Origin: an uncultured Rhodobacterales bacterium
GTDB taxonomy: Bacteria > Pseudomonadota > Alphaproteobacteria > Rhodobacterales > Rhodobacteraceae
Assembly: GCA_964500115.1 (NCBI GenBank)
Contig: CAZCOX010000007.1
Coordinates: 1 to 34,175 of the forward strand
Length of the DNA: 34,175 nucleotides
Direction of reading: 5' to 3'
The stretch's first letter is position 1, and every line of letters begins with the position of its first letter. Both the position numbers and the translations under genes were made by a program. Below are positions 19,662 through 29,839 of this stretch, piece after piece. The notes under the pieces were generated by a model. The model saw only the letters and a list, made by a program, of their open reading frames with translations. It searched no databases and was not told the DNA's origin.

Positions 19662-20987
19662 ATGACACGATTGATGACAAGCGCCGCCGCGCTTGCGATG
19701 GCGGCTGGTGCCGCGCAGGCCGGGGGGATCGAGCGGTCCAACCTGGATTTCGGAATGCTGTTTGCGACAGGCGATCAAGTTCAGATGAGCCTGTCACACG
19801 TATCGCCAACGATTTCGGGCACATACAGCGCTGATCTGACTGCGGCGGGCGGTGGTGAGGATGACACTGGCAACATGGCGGGCAGCTACACCAACTATAC
19901 GCTCGGGTACAAAAACGACTTCTCCGACAAGCTGACTTTTGGCCTTTACGCCAACAACCCGTACGGCGCCGCTGCGGAATACACCCAAGGCGTCTACAAC
20001 GGCCTGACTGCGGACTGGGACAGTGATCAGATCGCAGCCATCGGTAAGTACCGCGTCACCGACCGCATCTCGGTCTTTGCCGGCGCACGGTACGTCGAAA
20101 GCAACGCTGACATCGTTCTGCCGGATCTGCTCGTCCGCGCAGCCGTAGGTCGCAATGCGCAGGGTCTTGGCGCGCAAGCCCAGGCACTGGGTGCAGAAGC
20201 GGCCGCTTTGGGCGCACAGGCCCAGGCCGCTGGCGCGGCGGGAGATCTGGCGACGGCGCAGGAACTGGGCGCGCAGGCAACAGCGCTGGGTGCCGAAGCA
20301 CAGGCACTGGGTGCGCGCGCGCAGTTCCTCGGTGGTGCCGCTCAGGATTTCACCACATCGATGGAATACAACGCCTCAGGTGAACGCACAGGCGATTGGG
20401 GCGCCATCGTTGGTGTGGCTTACGAAATTCCTGACATCGCGCTGCGCGTGGCACTGTCCTGGCAGAGCGAGATTGAACACGCATTCGACACATCTGAGAC
20501 CATCGACGGTCTCGGCATCGACGCGTCTGGCGGCACCACAAAGGTGAAGATGCCCCAGATCGTCGCTCTTGATTTCCAAAGTGGCGTGGCACCTGGCACA
20601 TTGGTATTTGGTCAGGTCAAATGGACCGAATGGTCCAAGTGGGAAGTGCGCACACCGGAATACGAGGATGTCTCGGGCGGCATTGTCACAGGCTTTGACA
20701 ACGACCGCGTGACCTGGAAACTGGGTGTGGGCCGTCAGTTCTCGGAAGAACTGTCTGGCTTTGCGCAAGTCACCTATGAAGCACCAAACGGCGACGCCGT
20801 ATCGCGCCTTGCGCCTCGTGACGGCTTCCTGAGCTTTGGTGTCGGTGGTCAGTACAAGCAGGACAACATCACTGTCCGCGGTGGCCTGGAATACGCGTTC
20901 ATCGGTGAGGCCGAAGATGCGTCCGGTACCAAGTTTGAAGACAACTCTGCCATCGGTGCGGGTCTATCGCTGACAGTCAGCTTCTGA
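19662..20987 (+). CDS. FadL/OmpP1/TodX-family outer-membrane transporter
   Basis: Signal peptide ending AQA, then GGIERS; NPYGA; VAYEIPDIALRVAL; MPQ...LDFQSGVAPGTLVFG..W.EW; C-terminal Phe. Confidence 0.88.
   Translation: MTRLMTSAAALAMAAGAAQAGGIERSNLDFGMLFATGDQVQMSLSHVSPTISGTYSADLTAAGGGEDDTGNMAGSYTNYTLGYKNDFSDKLTFGLYANNPYGAAAEYTQGVYNGLTADWDSDQIAAIGKYRVTDRISVFAGARYVESNADIVLPDLLVRAAVGRNAQGLGAQAQALGAEAAALGAQAQAAGAAGDLATAQELGAQATALGAEAQALGARAQFLGGAAQDFTTSMEYNASGERTGDWGAIVGVAYEIPDIALRVALSWQSEIEHAFDTSETIDGLGIDASGGTTKVKMPQIVALDFQSGVAPGTLVFGQVKWTEWSKWEVRTPEYEDVSGGIVTGFDNDRVTWKLGVGRQFSEELSGFAQVTYEAPNGDAVSRLAPRDGFLSFGVGGQYKQDNITVRGGLEYAFIGEAEDASGTKFEDNSAIGAGLSLTVSF
20157..20339 (+). repeat. Degenerate 21-bp (heptad) coding repeat, 4+4 units, inside the FadL-like gene
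   Basis: AQGLGAQ AQALGAE AAALGAQ AQAAGAA - GDLAT - AQELGAQ ATALGAE AQALGAR AQFLGGA. Confidence 0.85.
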
Positions 20988-21011
20988 TCTTTTACCAAAC
21001 GGTAAAATCTG

Positions 21012-21046
21012 ACCCCGGCGCAGCGATGCGGCGGGGTTTTTCGTTT
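21012..21046 (+). terminator. Rho-independent terminator after the FadL-like gene
   Basis: ACCCCG-GCGCA-GCGA-TGCG-GCGGGGT hairpin followed by TTTTCGTTT. Confidence 0.8.
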
Positions 21047-21099
21047 CTTGCGCAAGTTTCGGGTCGCAGGCGCTTTGGCCATTTGGCTAGACGTCTGAC

Positions 21100-22008
21100 A
21101 TGACACAACAAAGCCTAAGCACACGCGCCTGGATCGAACTTACCCTGCTGGGTGTGATCTGGGGCGGTTCCTTTCTTGCCATCCGCACGGCCCTGGATGA
21201 GGTCGGGCCGCTAACATCGGTCCTGCACCGGACATTCTGGGCGATGCTGGTGCTGTGGGGCATCGTCGCCATGCGCCGCCTGTCCGTCCCACGCTCAGCC
21301 AGGACGTGGAAGGCGTTTCTGGTGATGGGCCTTTTGAACAACGTCATCCCGTTCAGCCTGATGGCGTGGGGGCAGCTTTATATCCCGACCGGGCTCACTT
21401 CGATCTTCAACGCGGCAACGGCGATTTTTGGCGTGGTCGTGGCCGCACTCGTCTTTGCCGACGAGCGTCTTACCCCGCGCAAGGCGTTGGGTGTGGGCAT
21501 CGGGTTCTTGGGCGTCTGCATGGCGATCGGGCTCGACGCTTTGGCGCAGTTTGACACCACATCACTGGCGCAAATCGCTGTCCTGACGGGAACGGTGTTT
21601 TACGCGCTGGCCAGTGCCTGGGCGCGCAAAATGCTGGGGGAAGTCGTACCAATGGTTGCGGCGGCGGGCATGCTGACCGGGTCAACGCTCCTGATGATCC
21701 CGTTCACCCTGATCGTTGAAGGCGTACCAAACTTGGCACTTGGCATTACGACATGGGCGGCCATCGGGTATTACGCGGTGATCGCAACCGCGCTGGCCTA
21801 TCTGCTCTACTACCGCGTGTTGGCCATGGCGGGCAGCGGAAACCTGATGCTCGTCACTCTGATCATTCCGCCGGTCGCGATCACCCTTGGCGCGTTGGTA
21901 CGGGACGAAGCGCTGCATACCGGCGAATACCTTGGCTTTGCCCTGCTCGCCATCGGTCTGACCGTGATCGACGGGCGCTTGTGGGCGCGCAAGACCACAA
22001 AGGTTTGA
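21100..22008 (+). CDS. DMT/EamA family transporter
   Basis: LGVIWGGSF, LNNVIPFSL, SIFNA, ADERL, TALAYLLYY; about 10 TM segments. Confidence 0.9.
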   Translation: MTQQSLSTRAWIELTLLGVIWGGSFLAIRTALDEVGPLTSVLHRTFWAMLVLWGIVAMRRLSVPRSARTWKAFLVMGLLNNVIPFSLMAWGQLYIPTGLTSIFNAATAIFGVVVAALVFADERLTPRKALGVGIGFLGVCMAIGLDALAQFDTTSLAQIAVLTGTVFYALASAWARKMLGEVVPMVAAAGMLTGSTLLMIPFTLIVEGVPNLALGITTWAAIGYYAVIATALAYLLYYRVLAMAGSGNLMLVTLIIPPVAITLGALVRDEALHTGEYLGFALLAIGLTVIDGRLWARKTTKV

Positions 22009-22064
22009 CGCTTTGGCACCACTTGGCTAATCCCGTGCGACAGGCAGGCAGGACAGGTGACGCA

Positions 22065-22931
22065 ATGATTTACAACTCGGCACAGGCATGGCGTGACGCG
22101 CCAAACAAGCGGATCGTCCTGTTTGCAATGTCCGGTCTGGGCAAAACCTATCTGTCGAACATGCTGCGCGGATCGGGGGGGTGGTTTCACTACTCCATCG
22201 ATTACCGCATCGGCACCCGCTACATGGGCGAATACATCGCCGACAACGCCAAGCGCGAGGCGATGAAAGTGCCGTTTCTGCGCGATCTTCTTATGTCGGA
22301 TTCGATCTATATCGGCTCTAACCTGACATTCGATAATCTGGCCCCTGTCGCCGCATATCTGGGCAAGCCCGGAGATACTGCACGCGGCGGTGTGCCAATC
22401 GACGACTACCGCAAGCGGCAGGAGCAGTTTCGCCGCGCGGAAATGGCTGCCCTGCTCGACACAGGGTATTTCATCGACCGGGCGCAAGATCTCTATGGCT
22501 ATCCGCACTTCGTCTGTGACACCGGTGGGTCGATCTGCGAATGGGTCGATCCCGATGACAAGGACGACCCGATCCTGACCGCGCTCAGCCAGCAGGCGCT
22601 GATGGTTTGGATCAAAGGCGACGCGGCCCATACCGAAGAACTTGTCCGCCGCTTTGACAAAGACCCGAAACCGATGGCCTATCAGCCGGAATTCCTGACG
22701 CAGGCATGGAATACGTATCTGAGCGAAAACAACGCACAAGAAAGTGATGTTGATCCAGATACCTTTATTCGCTGGACCTATGCGCAGGCGTTGGCCCATC
22801 GCCAGCCGCGGTATCAGGCGATGGCGGACAACTGGGGTGTAACTCTGGACGCGCACGACGTATCTGACGTGCGCAGCCCCGAAGACCTCACTGATCTGGT
22901 CGCTACCGCCATCGACACAAAGACACGTTAA
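22065..22931 (+). CDS. P-loop ATPase/kinase of unknown function
   Basis: N-terminal Walker A-like VLFAMSGLGKT, HYSIDYRIG, FVCDTGGSICE, HRQPRY. ATG 22065 follows a GGA/AGGTG RBS-like sequence. Confidence 0.85.
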   Translation: MIYNSAQAWRDAPNKRIVLFAMSGLGKTYLSNMLRGSGGWFHYSIDYRIGTRYMGEYIADNAKREAMKVPFLRDLLMSDSIYIGSNLTFDNLAPVAAYLGKPGDTARGGVPIDDYRKRQEQFRRAEMAALLDTGYFIDRAQDLYGYPHFVCDTGGSICEWVDPDDKDDPILTALSQQALMVWIKGDAAHTEELVRRFDKDPKPMAYQPEFLTQAWNTYLSENNAQESDVDPDTFIRWTYAQALAHRQPRYQAMADNWGVTLDAHDVSDVRSPEDLTDLVATAIDTKTR

Positions 22932-22934
22932 GCC

Positions 22935-23879
22935 ATGCCCATCAAACTGCCCAATAACCTGCCCGCCTATGACGTTTTGAAACGTGAAGGTGTGATGGTG
23001 ATCTCTGATGAGTTGGCCAGCCAGCAAGACATTCGCCCGTTGCGGATTGCATTGCTGAACCTGATGCCGAAGAAGATCCAGACAGAGAACCAGTTCGCAC
23101 GTCTGATCGGGGCCACGCCGTTGCAGATCGAGTTCAGCCTGATCCGCATGAGCGAGCATCAGACCAAGAACACAGCTGCAGAGCATATGGAAAGCTTTTA
23201 CCGGCCGTTCAGCGAGGTTCAAGCCAGCGGTGAAAAGTTTGATGGGCTGATCATCACAGGCGCGCCAATTGAACATTTACCATATGAAGAAGTGACTTAC
23301 TGGGAAGAGCTCACCCAAGTCATGAACTGGACACAGACCCATGTGCACTCCACCTTCGGCGTGTGCTGGGGTGGCATGGCGATGATCCATCACTTCCATG
23401 ATGTGCCCAAGATCGACCTGCCGGAAAAAGCATTTGGCTGTGTGCGGCACAAGAACCTTGCGCCCGCCTCGCCCTATCTGCGGGGCTTTTCAGATGATAT
23501 GGTCATGCCGGTCAGCCGCTGGACAGAAATCCGCCGCGAAGACATCACGGCGGCAGGTTTGCCAATCCTCATCGACAGTGATGAAACAGGCCCCTGCCTT
23601 GTCGAGGACCCGGATCATCGCGCGCTCTACGTGTTCAACCATTTCGAATACGACAGTGGCACGCTGAAGGGCGAATATGACCGGGATGTTGCAGCTGGCA
23701 CCCCTATCAACGTGCCGGCGAACTACTACCCTGACGACGACCCAAGCAAAGCCCCGCAGAACCGTTGGCGGTCTCACGCGCATCTGCTCTATGGAAACTG
23801 GGTGTCGGAGATCTATCTGACCACACCGTTCGATATGACGCTGATCGGCGCGGCCAAAACGGATTTGCGCGACAGCTAG
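22935..23879 (+). CDS. metA: Homoserine O-acyltransferase MetA, probably the acetyl-CoA type
   Basis: [14 protein letters not shown], catalytic [20 protein letters not shown] has Glu at the position that specifies acetyl-CoA (Gly in succinyl enzymes). Confidence 0.95.
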   Translation: MPIKLPNNLPAYDVLKREGVMVISDELASQQDIRPLRIALLNLMPKKIQTENQFARLIGATPLQIEFSLIRMSEHQTKNTAAEHMESFYRPFSEVQASGEKFDGLIITGAPIEHLPYEEVTYWEELTQVMNWTQTHVHSTFGVCWGGMAMIHHFHDVPKIDLPEKAFGCVRHKNLAPASPYLRGFSDDMVMPVSRWTEIRREDITAAGLPILIDSDETGPCLVEDPDHRALYVFNHFEYDSGTLKGEYDRDVAAGTPINVPANYYPDDDPSKAPQNRWRSHAHLLYGNWVSEIYLTTPFDMTLIGAAKTDLRDS

Positions 23880-23889
23880 GAGGCGGTTT

Positions 23890-24882
23890 GTGGCGCTGAA
23901 ATCTTTGGGAGTCTTGCTAGGCTGCACGGCGGCACTGGCATTTGCAACGTCATGTACCGCGACCTATCGCACGACCAAAGCCGAGGAAACCTATCCGCCG
24001 GTTGGGCAGTTCGTTACCGTTTCGGGCGGCCAGGTGCATTACGTGCAGGAGGGCCAAGGTCCACATGTGGTTCTTCTGCACGGCGCGGGTGGCAACCTGC
24101 GGGACTTTACGCTCGACCTGATGGGCCGTCTGACTGACAGCTACACCGTCACGGCCTTTGATCGCCCCGGTCTTGGGTACACCGATGAGGTGCCGGGCTT
24201 GGATACCGGGCCATTGGCTACAGAAGGCTCTGGCCCCATCGAACAGGCCACAATGCTGCGCGAAGCCTCTGAAAAGCTTGGGATTTCCAACCCGATTGTG
24301 GTTGGCCACAGCTTTGGCGGGATCGTCGCCTATGGTTGGGCTGTCGCCGGGTTGGACGTGGACAGCCCGGCAAATGCCTCAGCCATCGTGTCACTGGCCG
24401 GCGTGACAATGCCATGGCCCGGCGATTTGGGGGCCTATTACACTATCAATGGCTCTGCCTTTGGCGGGTTGGTCGCCGTTCCACTGATTTCGGCGATTGC
24501 GACAGATGGTCAGATCGAAGCCAGCATCGAAGGCACCTTTGCGCCACAGCCCGCGCCAGAAGGTTATGCCGAACACATCGGCGCGCGCCTGTCGCTGCGG
24601 CCCGAGAACTTTCGCGCGAATGTCCGTCAAGTGAACACGTTACGCCCGAAAGTTGTTGCCATGTCGGAACGGTATCCGGAGCTGACCCTGCCCATCGAAA
24701 TCGTACATGGCACGGCAGATACGACGGTGCCGATCCACGTTCATGCCGAAGAAGTGATCAAGGTCGCGCCCACCGCGCGTCTGGACCGGCGGGACGGGAT
24801 CGGACACATGCCGCACCACGCGGAACCCGAGGTCACAGTCGCCGCAATTGACCGTGCGGCACGTCGTGCGGGTTTGCGTTAA
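23890..24882 (+). CDS. Alpha/beta-fold hydrolase
   Basis: LLHGAGG, FDRPGLG, nucleophile elbow GHSFGG, HGTADTTV, GHMPH; N-terminal signal/anchor. Confidence 0.9.
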   Translation: MALKSLGVLLGCTAALAFATSCTATYRTTKAEETYPPVGQFVTVSGGQVHYVQEGQGPHVVLLHGAGGNLRDFTLDLMGRLTDSYTVTAFDRPGLGYTDEVPGLDTGPLATEGSGPIEQATMLREASEKLGISNPIVVGHSFGGIVAYGWAVAGLDVDSPANASAIVSLAGVTMPWPGDLGAYYTINGSAFGGLVAVPLISAIATDGQIEASIEGTFAPQPAPEGYAEHIGARLSLRPENFRANVRQVNTLRPKVVAMSERYPELTLPIEIVHGTADTTVPIHVHAEEVIKVAPTARLDRRDGIGHMPHHAEPEVTVAAIDRAARRAGLR

Positions 24883-24892
24883 TCGGATTAAC
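24878..24892. promoter_or_regulatory. Perfect 7-1-7 palindrome upstream of ppk2 (candidate operator)
   Basis: GTTAATC-G-GATTAAC overlapping the hydrolase stop codon, 43 bp before the ppk2 ATG. Confidence 0.45.
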
Positions 24893-24935
24893 ATCCCATA
24901 TTCAGTTCAAGAGCAGATAACTGAAAGGGCCGATA

Positions 24936-25805
24936 ATGGACCTTCCCTTTGATGGTGCGATCAGCGCCTTTTTTGAAAACGACGCGCCGGAAGATGTGCG
25001 CAATGCGATCAAGCGTGGGGAAAAAGGCGATATCCTGAACCCCGATTACCCCTATTCCGACCGCATGCCGCGCAAGGCCTATGAAAAGGACCTGGCCGCA
25101 CTTCAGATTGAACTGGTCAAGATGAAAACCTGGGCGCGCGAAAGCGGCGCGCGGATTGCCATCGTGTTCGAAGGGCGCGATGCTGCTGGCAAGGGCGGTA
25201 CCATCAAGCGGTTTCGCGAAAACCTGAACCCACGCGGTGCGCGGGTTGTCGCGTTGTCAAAGCCCATTGAAACCGAGCAAAGCCAGTGGTATTTCCAACG
25301 CTATATCGACCACCTGCCTGCCGCCGGTGAAGTCGTGTTCTTTGACCGCAGTTGGTACAATCGCGGTGTCGTTGAACATGTGTTCGGGTTCTGCGAACCA
25401 TCGCAGCGCGAACATTTCTTTGCGCAGGTGCCCGATTTCGAAAAGATGCTGGTGGATGATGGTATCCACCTTTTCAAGATCTGGTTGAACGTCGGACGGG
25501 CCGAGCAGTTGCGCCGCTTTCTGGAGCGCGAGCGCGATCCGCTCAAGCAGTGGAAACTGAGTTGGATCGACGTCGAAGGTCTCAAGAAATGGGACGCCTA
25601 TTCAGAGGCCATTCAGGAAACTTTTGCCCGCTCGCACACCGATCACGCGCCGTGGACGGTTGTGCGGTCTGACGACAAACGCCGCGCGCGGATCAATGCG
25701 ATCCGGTCGATGCTGACCCGGCTGGATTACGACCGAAAAGATGCCAAGGCGCTTGGTACGGTTGATGGCAAGGTCTGTGGCGGGCCGGATATTTGGGATG
25801 CCTAA
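24936..25805 (+). CDS. ppk2: Polyphosphate kinase 2 (single domain)
   Basis: [46 protein letters not shown]. Confidence 0.95.
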   Translation: MDLPFDGAISAFFENDAPEDVRNAIKRGEKGDILNPDYPYSDRMPRKAYEKDLAALQIELVKMKTWARESGARIAIVFEGRDAAGKGGTIKRFRENLNPRGARVVALSKPIETEQSQWYFQRYIDHLPAAGEVVFFDRSWYNRGVVEHVFGFCEPSQREHFFAQVPDFEKMLVDDGIHLFKIWLNVGRAEQLRRFLERERDPLKQWKLSWIDVEGLKKWDAYSEAIQETFARSHTDHAPWTVVRSDDKRRARINAIRSMLTRLDYDRKDAKALGTVDGKVCGGPDIWDA

Positions 25806-26415
25806 ACGCGGCTACCACCACGGCAATCTGCGGCAGGCGCTGATCGATGCGGCACTTGAACTGATTACCGAAAAAGGCCCGACCGGCTTTACGCTGTCCG
25901 AGGCGGCCAAAAAGGCTGGCGTGACCCCGGCAGCGGTCTATCGCCATTTCGAAGGCCGCGAAGACCTGATTGCCGAGGCGGCGCGTCAGGGGTACGAGAT
26001 TTTTGCCGATGTCATGCAGTTCGCCTATGACAGCGGGCAGCCCTCGGCGCTGGCAGCGTTCGAGGCCACAGGACGCGCGTACCTCGCCTTTGCGCGCAAA
26101 TACCCCGGCCACTACATCGCGATGTTTGAAAGCGGCATTTCGGTGAACCGGACACCTGAACTCGCCGCCGTTGCCAAACGCGCCAGTGCAGTGCTTGAAC
26201 AGGCGGCCGAAGACCTGTCGCAACACATCCCACCCGAAAAGCGCCCGCCTGCGTCGATGTTCTCTGCCCATATCTGGGCCATGAGCCACGGCGTGGTCGA
26301 ATTGTTCGCTCGCAACTCCCCCGGTCGCGCCTCCCCCTTCCCGCCCGAAGAACTGCTGGAGTCCGCCATCGGTGTCTACCTGCGCGGGTTGGGTCTGATT
26401 GCGCCGGATGAGTAA
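25798..26415 (+). CDS. TetR/AcrR family regulator (WHG-type C-terminus)
   Basis: [45 protein letters not shown]; 8-bp overlap with ppk2. Confidence 0.92.
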   Translation: MPKRGYHHGNLRQALIDAALELITEKGPTGFTLSEAAKKAGVTPAAVYRHFEGREDLIAEAARQGYEIFADVMQFAYDSGQPSALAAFEATGRAYLAFARKYPGHYIAMFESGISVNRTPELAAVAKRASAVLEQAAEDLSQHIPPEKRPPASMFSAHIWAMSHGVVELFARNSPGRASPFPPEELLESAIGVYLRGLGLIAPDE

Positions 26416-26496
26416 CGCCATAACTGCGAACTTTAAAATTCTGTTCGTCACTCTTAGCACCCTAAGCAACGTGACAAACGCCATCAGACAGCCTAC

Positions 26497-27870
26497 ATGG
26501 CGCGCATGACAGAGACACTTCATATTGTTGGCGGCGGTATGGCCGGGTCCGAGGCGGCGTGGCAGGCGGCTACCGCCGGTGTGCCGGTGGTGATCCACGA
26601 GATGCGACCCAAAGTCGAAACCTTTGCGCACAAGACCGGCGATCTGGGCGAGATGGTCTGTTCCAACTCCTTCCGGTCGGACGATCATGAGCAGAACGCT
26701 GTGGGACTCTTGCACTGGGAAATGCAAAAAGCCGGTGGGTTGATCATCAGCACGGCCTATCAAAACCGCCTGCCCGCCGGTGGCGCTCTGGCGGTGGATC
26801 GGGATGCGTTTTCGCAAGCCGTGACCGCAAAGCTGAAAGCACATCCTCTGGTGTCTGTCAGCTATGAAGAAATCACGGACCTGCCCGATACGGGCCATTG
26901 GATCATGGCCACAGGGCCACTGACCTCCAACGCGTTGGGCGCGGCCATTCAGCGCGAAACCGGCACAGACCGCCTCGCTTTTTTTGACGCCATCGCGCCC
27001 ATCGTCTACGCAGACAGTATCGACATGTCACAGGCGTGGCTGCAATCGCGCTACGACAAAGGCGAGACCGAAGAAGAACGCCGCGCCTACATCAATTGTC
27101 CGATGACACGGGATGAGTACGAAGCGTTCATTGATGCGTTGCTGGCAGCCGACAAAACCGAATTCCACGAGGGTGAAACAGCAGGCTACTTTGACGGATG
27201 CCTGCCGATTGAAGTAATGGCGGAACGTGGCCGCGAAACCTTGCGCCATGGTCCCATGAAGCCCGTCGGGCTGACCAACCCGCACCAGCCGGATGTCAAA
27301 CCCTGGGCCGTCGTGCAATTGCGCCGCGACAACGCGCTCGGCACGCTTTATAACATCGTGGGTTTTCAGACCAAGATGAAGTACGGCGCGCAAGCGTCTG
27401 TTTTCAAAATGATCCCAGGCTTGCAGAACGCGAGCTTTGCGCGCCTTGGCGGCATTCACCGCAACACTTTTCTGAACAGCCCAACCTTACTGGATAATCA
27501 GATGCGTCTGCGGTCTAAACCGAATATCCGCTTTGCCGGGCAAGTGACCGGGGTTGAGGGCTATGTTGAATCCTCGGCAATGGGTCTGCTCGCCGGGCGC
27601 ATGGCGGCCGCCGACATTCTTGGCACCGCGATGCCGACGGTACCGCAAGACAGCGCGCATGGGGCTTTGATCCATCACATCTCAGGCGGGGCGGAGGCAA
27701 AGACGTTCCAACCGATGAACGTCAATTTCGGGCTTTTCCAGCCGGTAGACGGCCTGAAAGGCGGGCGGCGTGGGCGCAAGGACCGCTACAAAGCCTATAC
27801 CGACCGGGCCAAAGCGGCGTGGACAGGCTGGCTGGCCGCACAAAAACTGGACGCCACCGCCGCAGAATGA
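26497..27870 (+). CDS. trmFO: tRNA (uracil-54) methyltransferase TrmFO (Gid)
   Basis: [51 protein letters not shown]. Start may be 26506. Confidence 0.96.
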   Translation: MARMTETLHIVGGGMAGSEAAWQAATAGVPVVIHEMRPKVETFAHKTGDLGEMVCSNSFRSDDHEQNAVGLLHWEMQKAGGLIISTAYQNRLPAGGALAVDRDAFSQAVTAKLKAHPLVSVSYEEITDLPDTGHWIMATGPLTSNALGAAIQRETGTDRLAFFDAIAPIVYADSIDMSQAWLQSRYDKGETEEERRAYINCPMTRDEYEAFIDALLAADKTEFHEGETAGYFDGCLPIEVMAERGRETLRHGPMKPVGLTNPHQPDVKPWAVVQLRRDNALGTLYNIVGFQTKMKYGAQASVFKMIPGLQNASFARLGGIHRNTFLNSPTLLDNQMRLRSKPNIRFAGQVTGVEGYVESSAMGLLAGRMAAADILGTAMPTVPQDSAHGALIHHISGGAEAKTFQPMNVNFGLFQPVDGLKGGRRGRKDRYKAYTDRAKAAWTGWLAAQKLDATAAE

Positions 27871-27883
27871 GTACGCTTCGGGT

Positions 27884-28498
27884 ATGAGCAAAACTTTCCT
27901 CGACAAAGTCTACGATGTAGAAGGCGTGGATGCCACGCGCGACCTCTATGATGCGTGGTCCCAAAGCTACGAAGATGAAGTGCGCGACAATGGCTACGCG
28001 CTACCCGGTCGCGCCGCTGAGGCGTTGGCGGCGGCTGTGGAAGACAAGACCGCACCGATCCTCGATTTTGGATGCGGGACCGGGTTGTCGGGCCTCGCGT
28101 TCAAGCTGCACGGGTTTACCCATATCGATGGCGTCGACCTGTCGGCTGACATGCTGGCGCAGGCTGAAGGCAAGAATGTCTATACCACACTGACACAAAT
28201 CAGCGCGGATGGTCCGAAAGAGATGGACCTGTCGCCCTACGCGGCGGTTGCTGCTGTAGGGGTTATAGGCGCAGGTGCTGCCCCGCTCGACACGTTGCAA
28301 GGGCTGTTCGATGCGATGCCAAGCGGTGCGGCATTGTGCTTTTCGTTCAACGATCACACTCTGGAAGACCCAAGTTTTGACGGCTACGTACAACAGCTTT
28401 TTGAGACAAACCGCGCACGGTTGCTCAGCCGCGAATACGGAGATCACCTGCCTGTTCTGGGCATTAACTCCGTCGTCTATGTCATTGACAAACTGTGA
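27884..28498 (+). CDS. Class I SAM-dependent methyltransferase
   Basis: YDAWSQSY, ILDFGCGTGLSG, GVDLSADML. ATG 27884. Confidence 0.9.
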   Translation: MSKTFLDKVYDVEGVDATRDLYDAWSQSYEDEVRDNGYALPGRAAEALAAAVEDKTAPILDFGCGTGLSGLAFKLHGFTHIDGVDLSADMLAQAEGKNVYTTLTQISADGPKEMDLSPYAAVAAVGVIGAGAAPLDTLQGLFDAMPSGAALCFSFNDHTLEDPSFDGYVQQLFETNRARLLSREYGDHLPVLGINSVVYVIDKL

Positions 28499-29349
28499 CA
28501 TTCACAACCCGTTTTGCGCCCAGTCCAACGGGCCAGTTGCACCTTGGTCATGCCTATTCGGCGCTTCTGGCGTTCGACATGGCGCAAGCGGCGGGCGGTC
28601 GGTTTCTGTTGCGGATCGAAGACACCGACACGGCACGTTGTCAGTCAGACTATGAGGCGCAGATTTACGATGACCTCGCATGGTTGGGCATCACTTGGGA
28701 AACCCCGGTGCTGCGCCAATCGGAAAATACCGCCGCCTATGACGAGGCTCTGGAACTACTCGCGAGCCTCAACCTTCTCTATCCATGCTCCTGCACCCGT
28801 GGTGACATCCGACGCGCCGCATCCGCCCCGCAGGAAGGCGCACGGCTGCTGGGTCCGGACGGCGTTGTTTATCCCGGAACGTGCCGTCACCGCAGTTGGG
28901 AGAGCCGAACTGATAGCGATGCGGTACGCCTCAACATGCGCAAGGCAGTCGAAACCGTAGGCACGCTACCGCAATATGCCGAAACCGGCGTTGTCGATGC
29001 GATCACGTTGACAGCGGATCAGCTGATCCAAGAGGTCGGCGATGTCGTGCTGGCCCGTCGCGACACACACACCGCAGCCTACCATCTGAGCGTCGTCGTT
29101 GATGACGCCGCGCAAGGCATCACCCACGTGATCCGCGGCGCAGACCTCGCGCCCGCGACACCCATCCACGTGCTCCTACAAGCCCTTCTTGGTCTGCCAA
29201 CGCCGATCTACCACCATCACAGGCTGATCCGGGATGATGACGGCAAACGGCTTGCCAAGCGCGACGATGCCCGGGCCATCGGGAACCACCGCAATGATGG
29301 CACAACACCCAACGAAATCAGAGCAATGGTCGGCCTTCCGCCATCCTGA
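28495..29349 (+). CDS. gluQ: Glutamyl-Q tRNA(Asp) synthetase
   Basis: RFAPSPTG.LHLGH, LRIED, CSCTR..YPGTC, AYHLSVVVDD, RLAKR; lacks an anticodon-binding domain. Confidence 0.93.
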   Translation: MTFTTRFAPSPTGQLHLGHAYSALLAFDMAQAAGGRFLLRIEDTDTARCQSDYEAQIYDDLAWLGITWETPVLRQSENTAAYDEALELLASLNLLYPCSCTRGDIRRAASAPQEGARLLGPDGVVYPGTCRHRSWESRTDSDAVRLNMRKAVETVGTLPQYAETGVVDAITLTADQLIQEVGDVVLARRDTHTAAYHLSVVVDDAAQGITHVIRGADLAPATPIHVLLQALLGLPTPIYHHHRLIRDDDGKRLAKRDDARAIGNHRNDGTTPNEIRAMVGLPPS

Positions 29350-29350
29350 T

Positions 29351-29407
29351 CTTCTCTGGTTCAAAAATACCTCGGGGGGCGCCGAAGGCGTGGGGGCAGC
29401 TTCCCCT
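29351..29407. repeat. REP-like intergenic palindromic element of the Rhodobacteraceae type
   Basis: CTTCTCTGGTTCAAAAATACCTCGGGGGG-CGCCGAAGGCG-TGGGGGCAGCTTCCCC between the convergent gluQ and hisI stops. Only one copy in this window; the repeat call rests on recalled resemblance. Confidence 0.55.
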
Positions 29408-29408
29408 C

Positions 29409-29771
29409 TCAACCCTCCATCGGCGTCATGATCTCCACCTCAGCACCATCCTGAACCTCTGTATAGAAACAGGACCGACGATTAGTGTGACAGGCCGGAC
29501 CGGTCTGATTGACCGTGACGAGCAGGCAATCCCGGTCACAATCGACGCGGAACGCTACCAGTTCCTGCACGTGACCGGAGGTTTCACCCTTGACCCAAAA
29601 CGCCTGCCGCGAGCGGGACCAATAGGTCACGCGACCGGTCTCCAAAGTGCGCACCACAGCGTCCGCGTTCATCCACGCCATCATCAGCACGTCACCGCTG
29701 GCATGATCCTGCGCAATTGCGGGGATAAGCCCCTGATCGTTGTAGACCAAAGTCGCAGGATCAAACGCCAT
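29409..29771 (-). CDS. hisI: Phosphoribosyl-AMP cyclohydrolase
   Basis: GLIPAIAQD, YWSRSRQ, KGETSG, DCDRD, ACHTNRRSCF. Confidence 0.96.
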   Translation of the reverse strand: MAFDPATLVYNDQGLIPAIAQDHASGDVLMMAWMNADAVVRTLETGRVTYWSRSRQAFWVKGETSGHVQELVAFRVDCDRDCLLVTVNQTGPACHTNRRSCFYTEVQDGAEVEIMTPMEG

Positions 29772-29839
29772 GGGGAAAAACCTTTTTGCATCCGTCGTTT
29801 GCTCCCCTATCTATGGGGGGCACAGCAAAAGGGAAAGCC

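Noticed and set aside
22009-22064. SAM-II or SAM-SAH riboswitch ahead of the metA operon
   Set aside because: The 56-bp spacer lacks the conserved SAM-II elements, and only 3 nt separate the ATPase from metA.
21810-23276. 488-aa antisense ORF, plus similar long shadow ORFs (16812-18053, 25693-26898, 31082-32188, 6483-7460)
   Set aside because: They lie opposite well-conserved genes and have no recognisable motifs; long antisense frames are expected in GC-rich coding DNA.
26416-26496. Short hairpins (CGAAC..GTTCG, GTCAC..CTTAG-CACC-CTAAG..GTGAC) between tetR and trmFO
   Set aside because: Stems of only 5 bp, no U-tract, no tRNA or known RNA motif; most simply promoter sequence.
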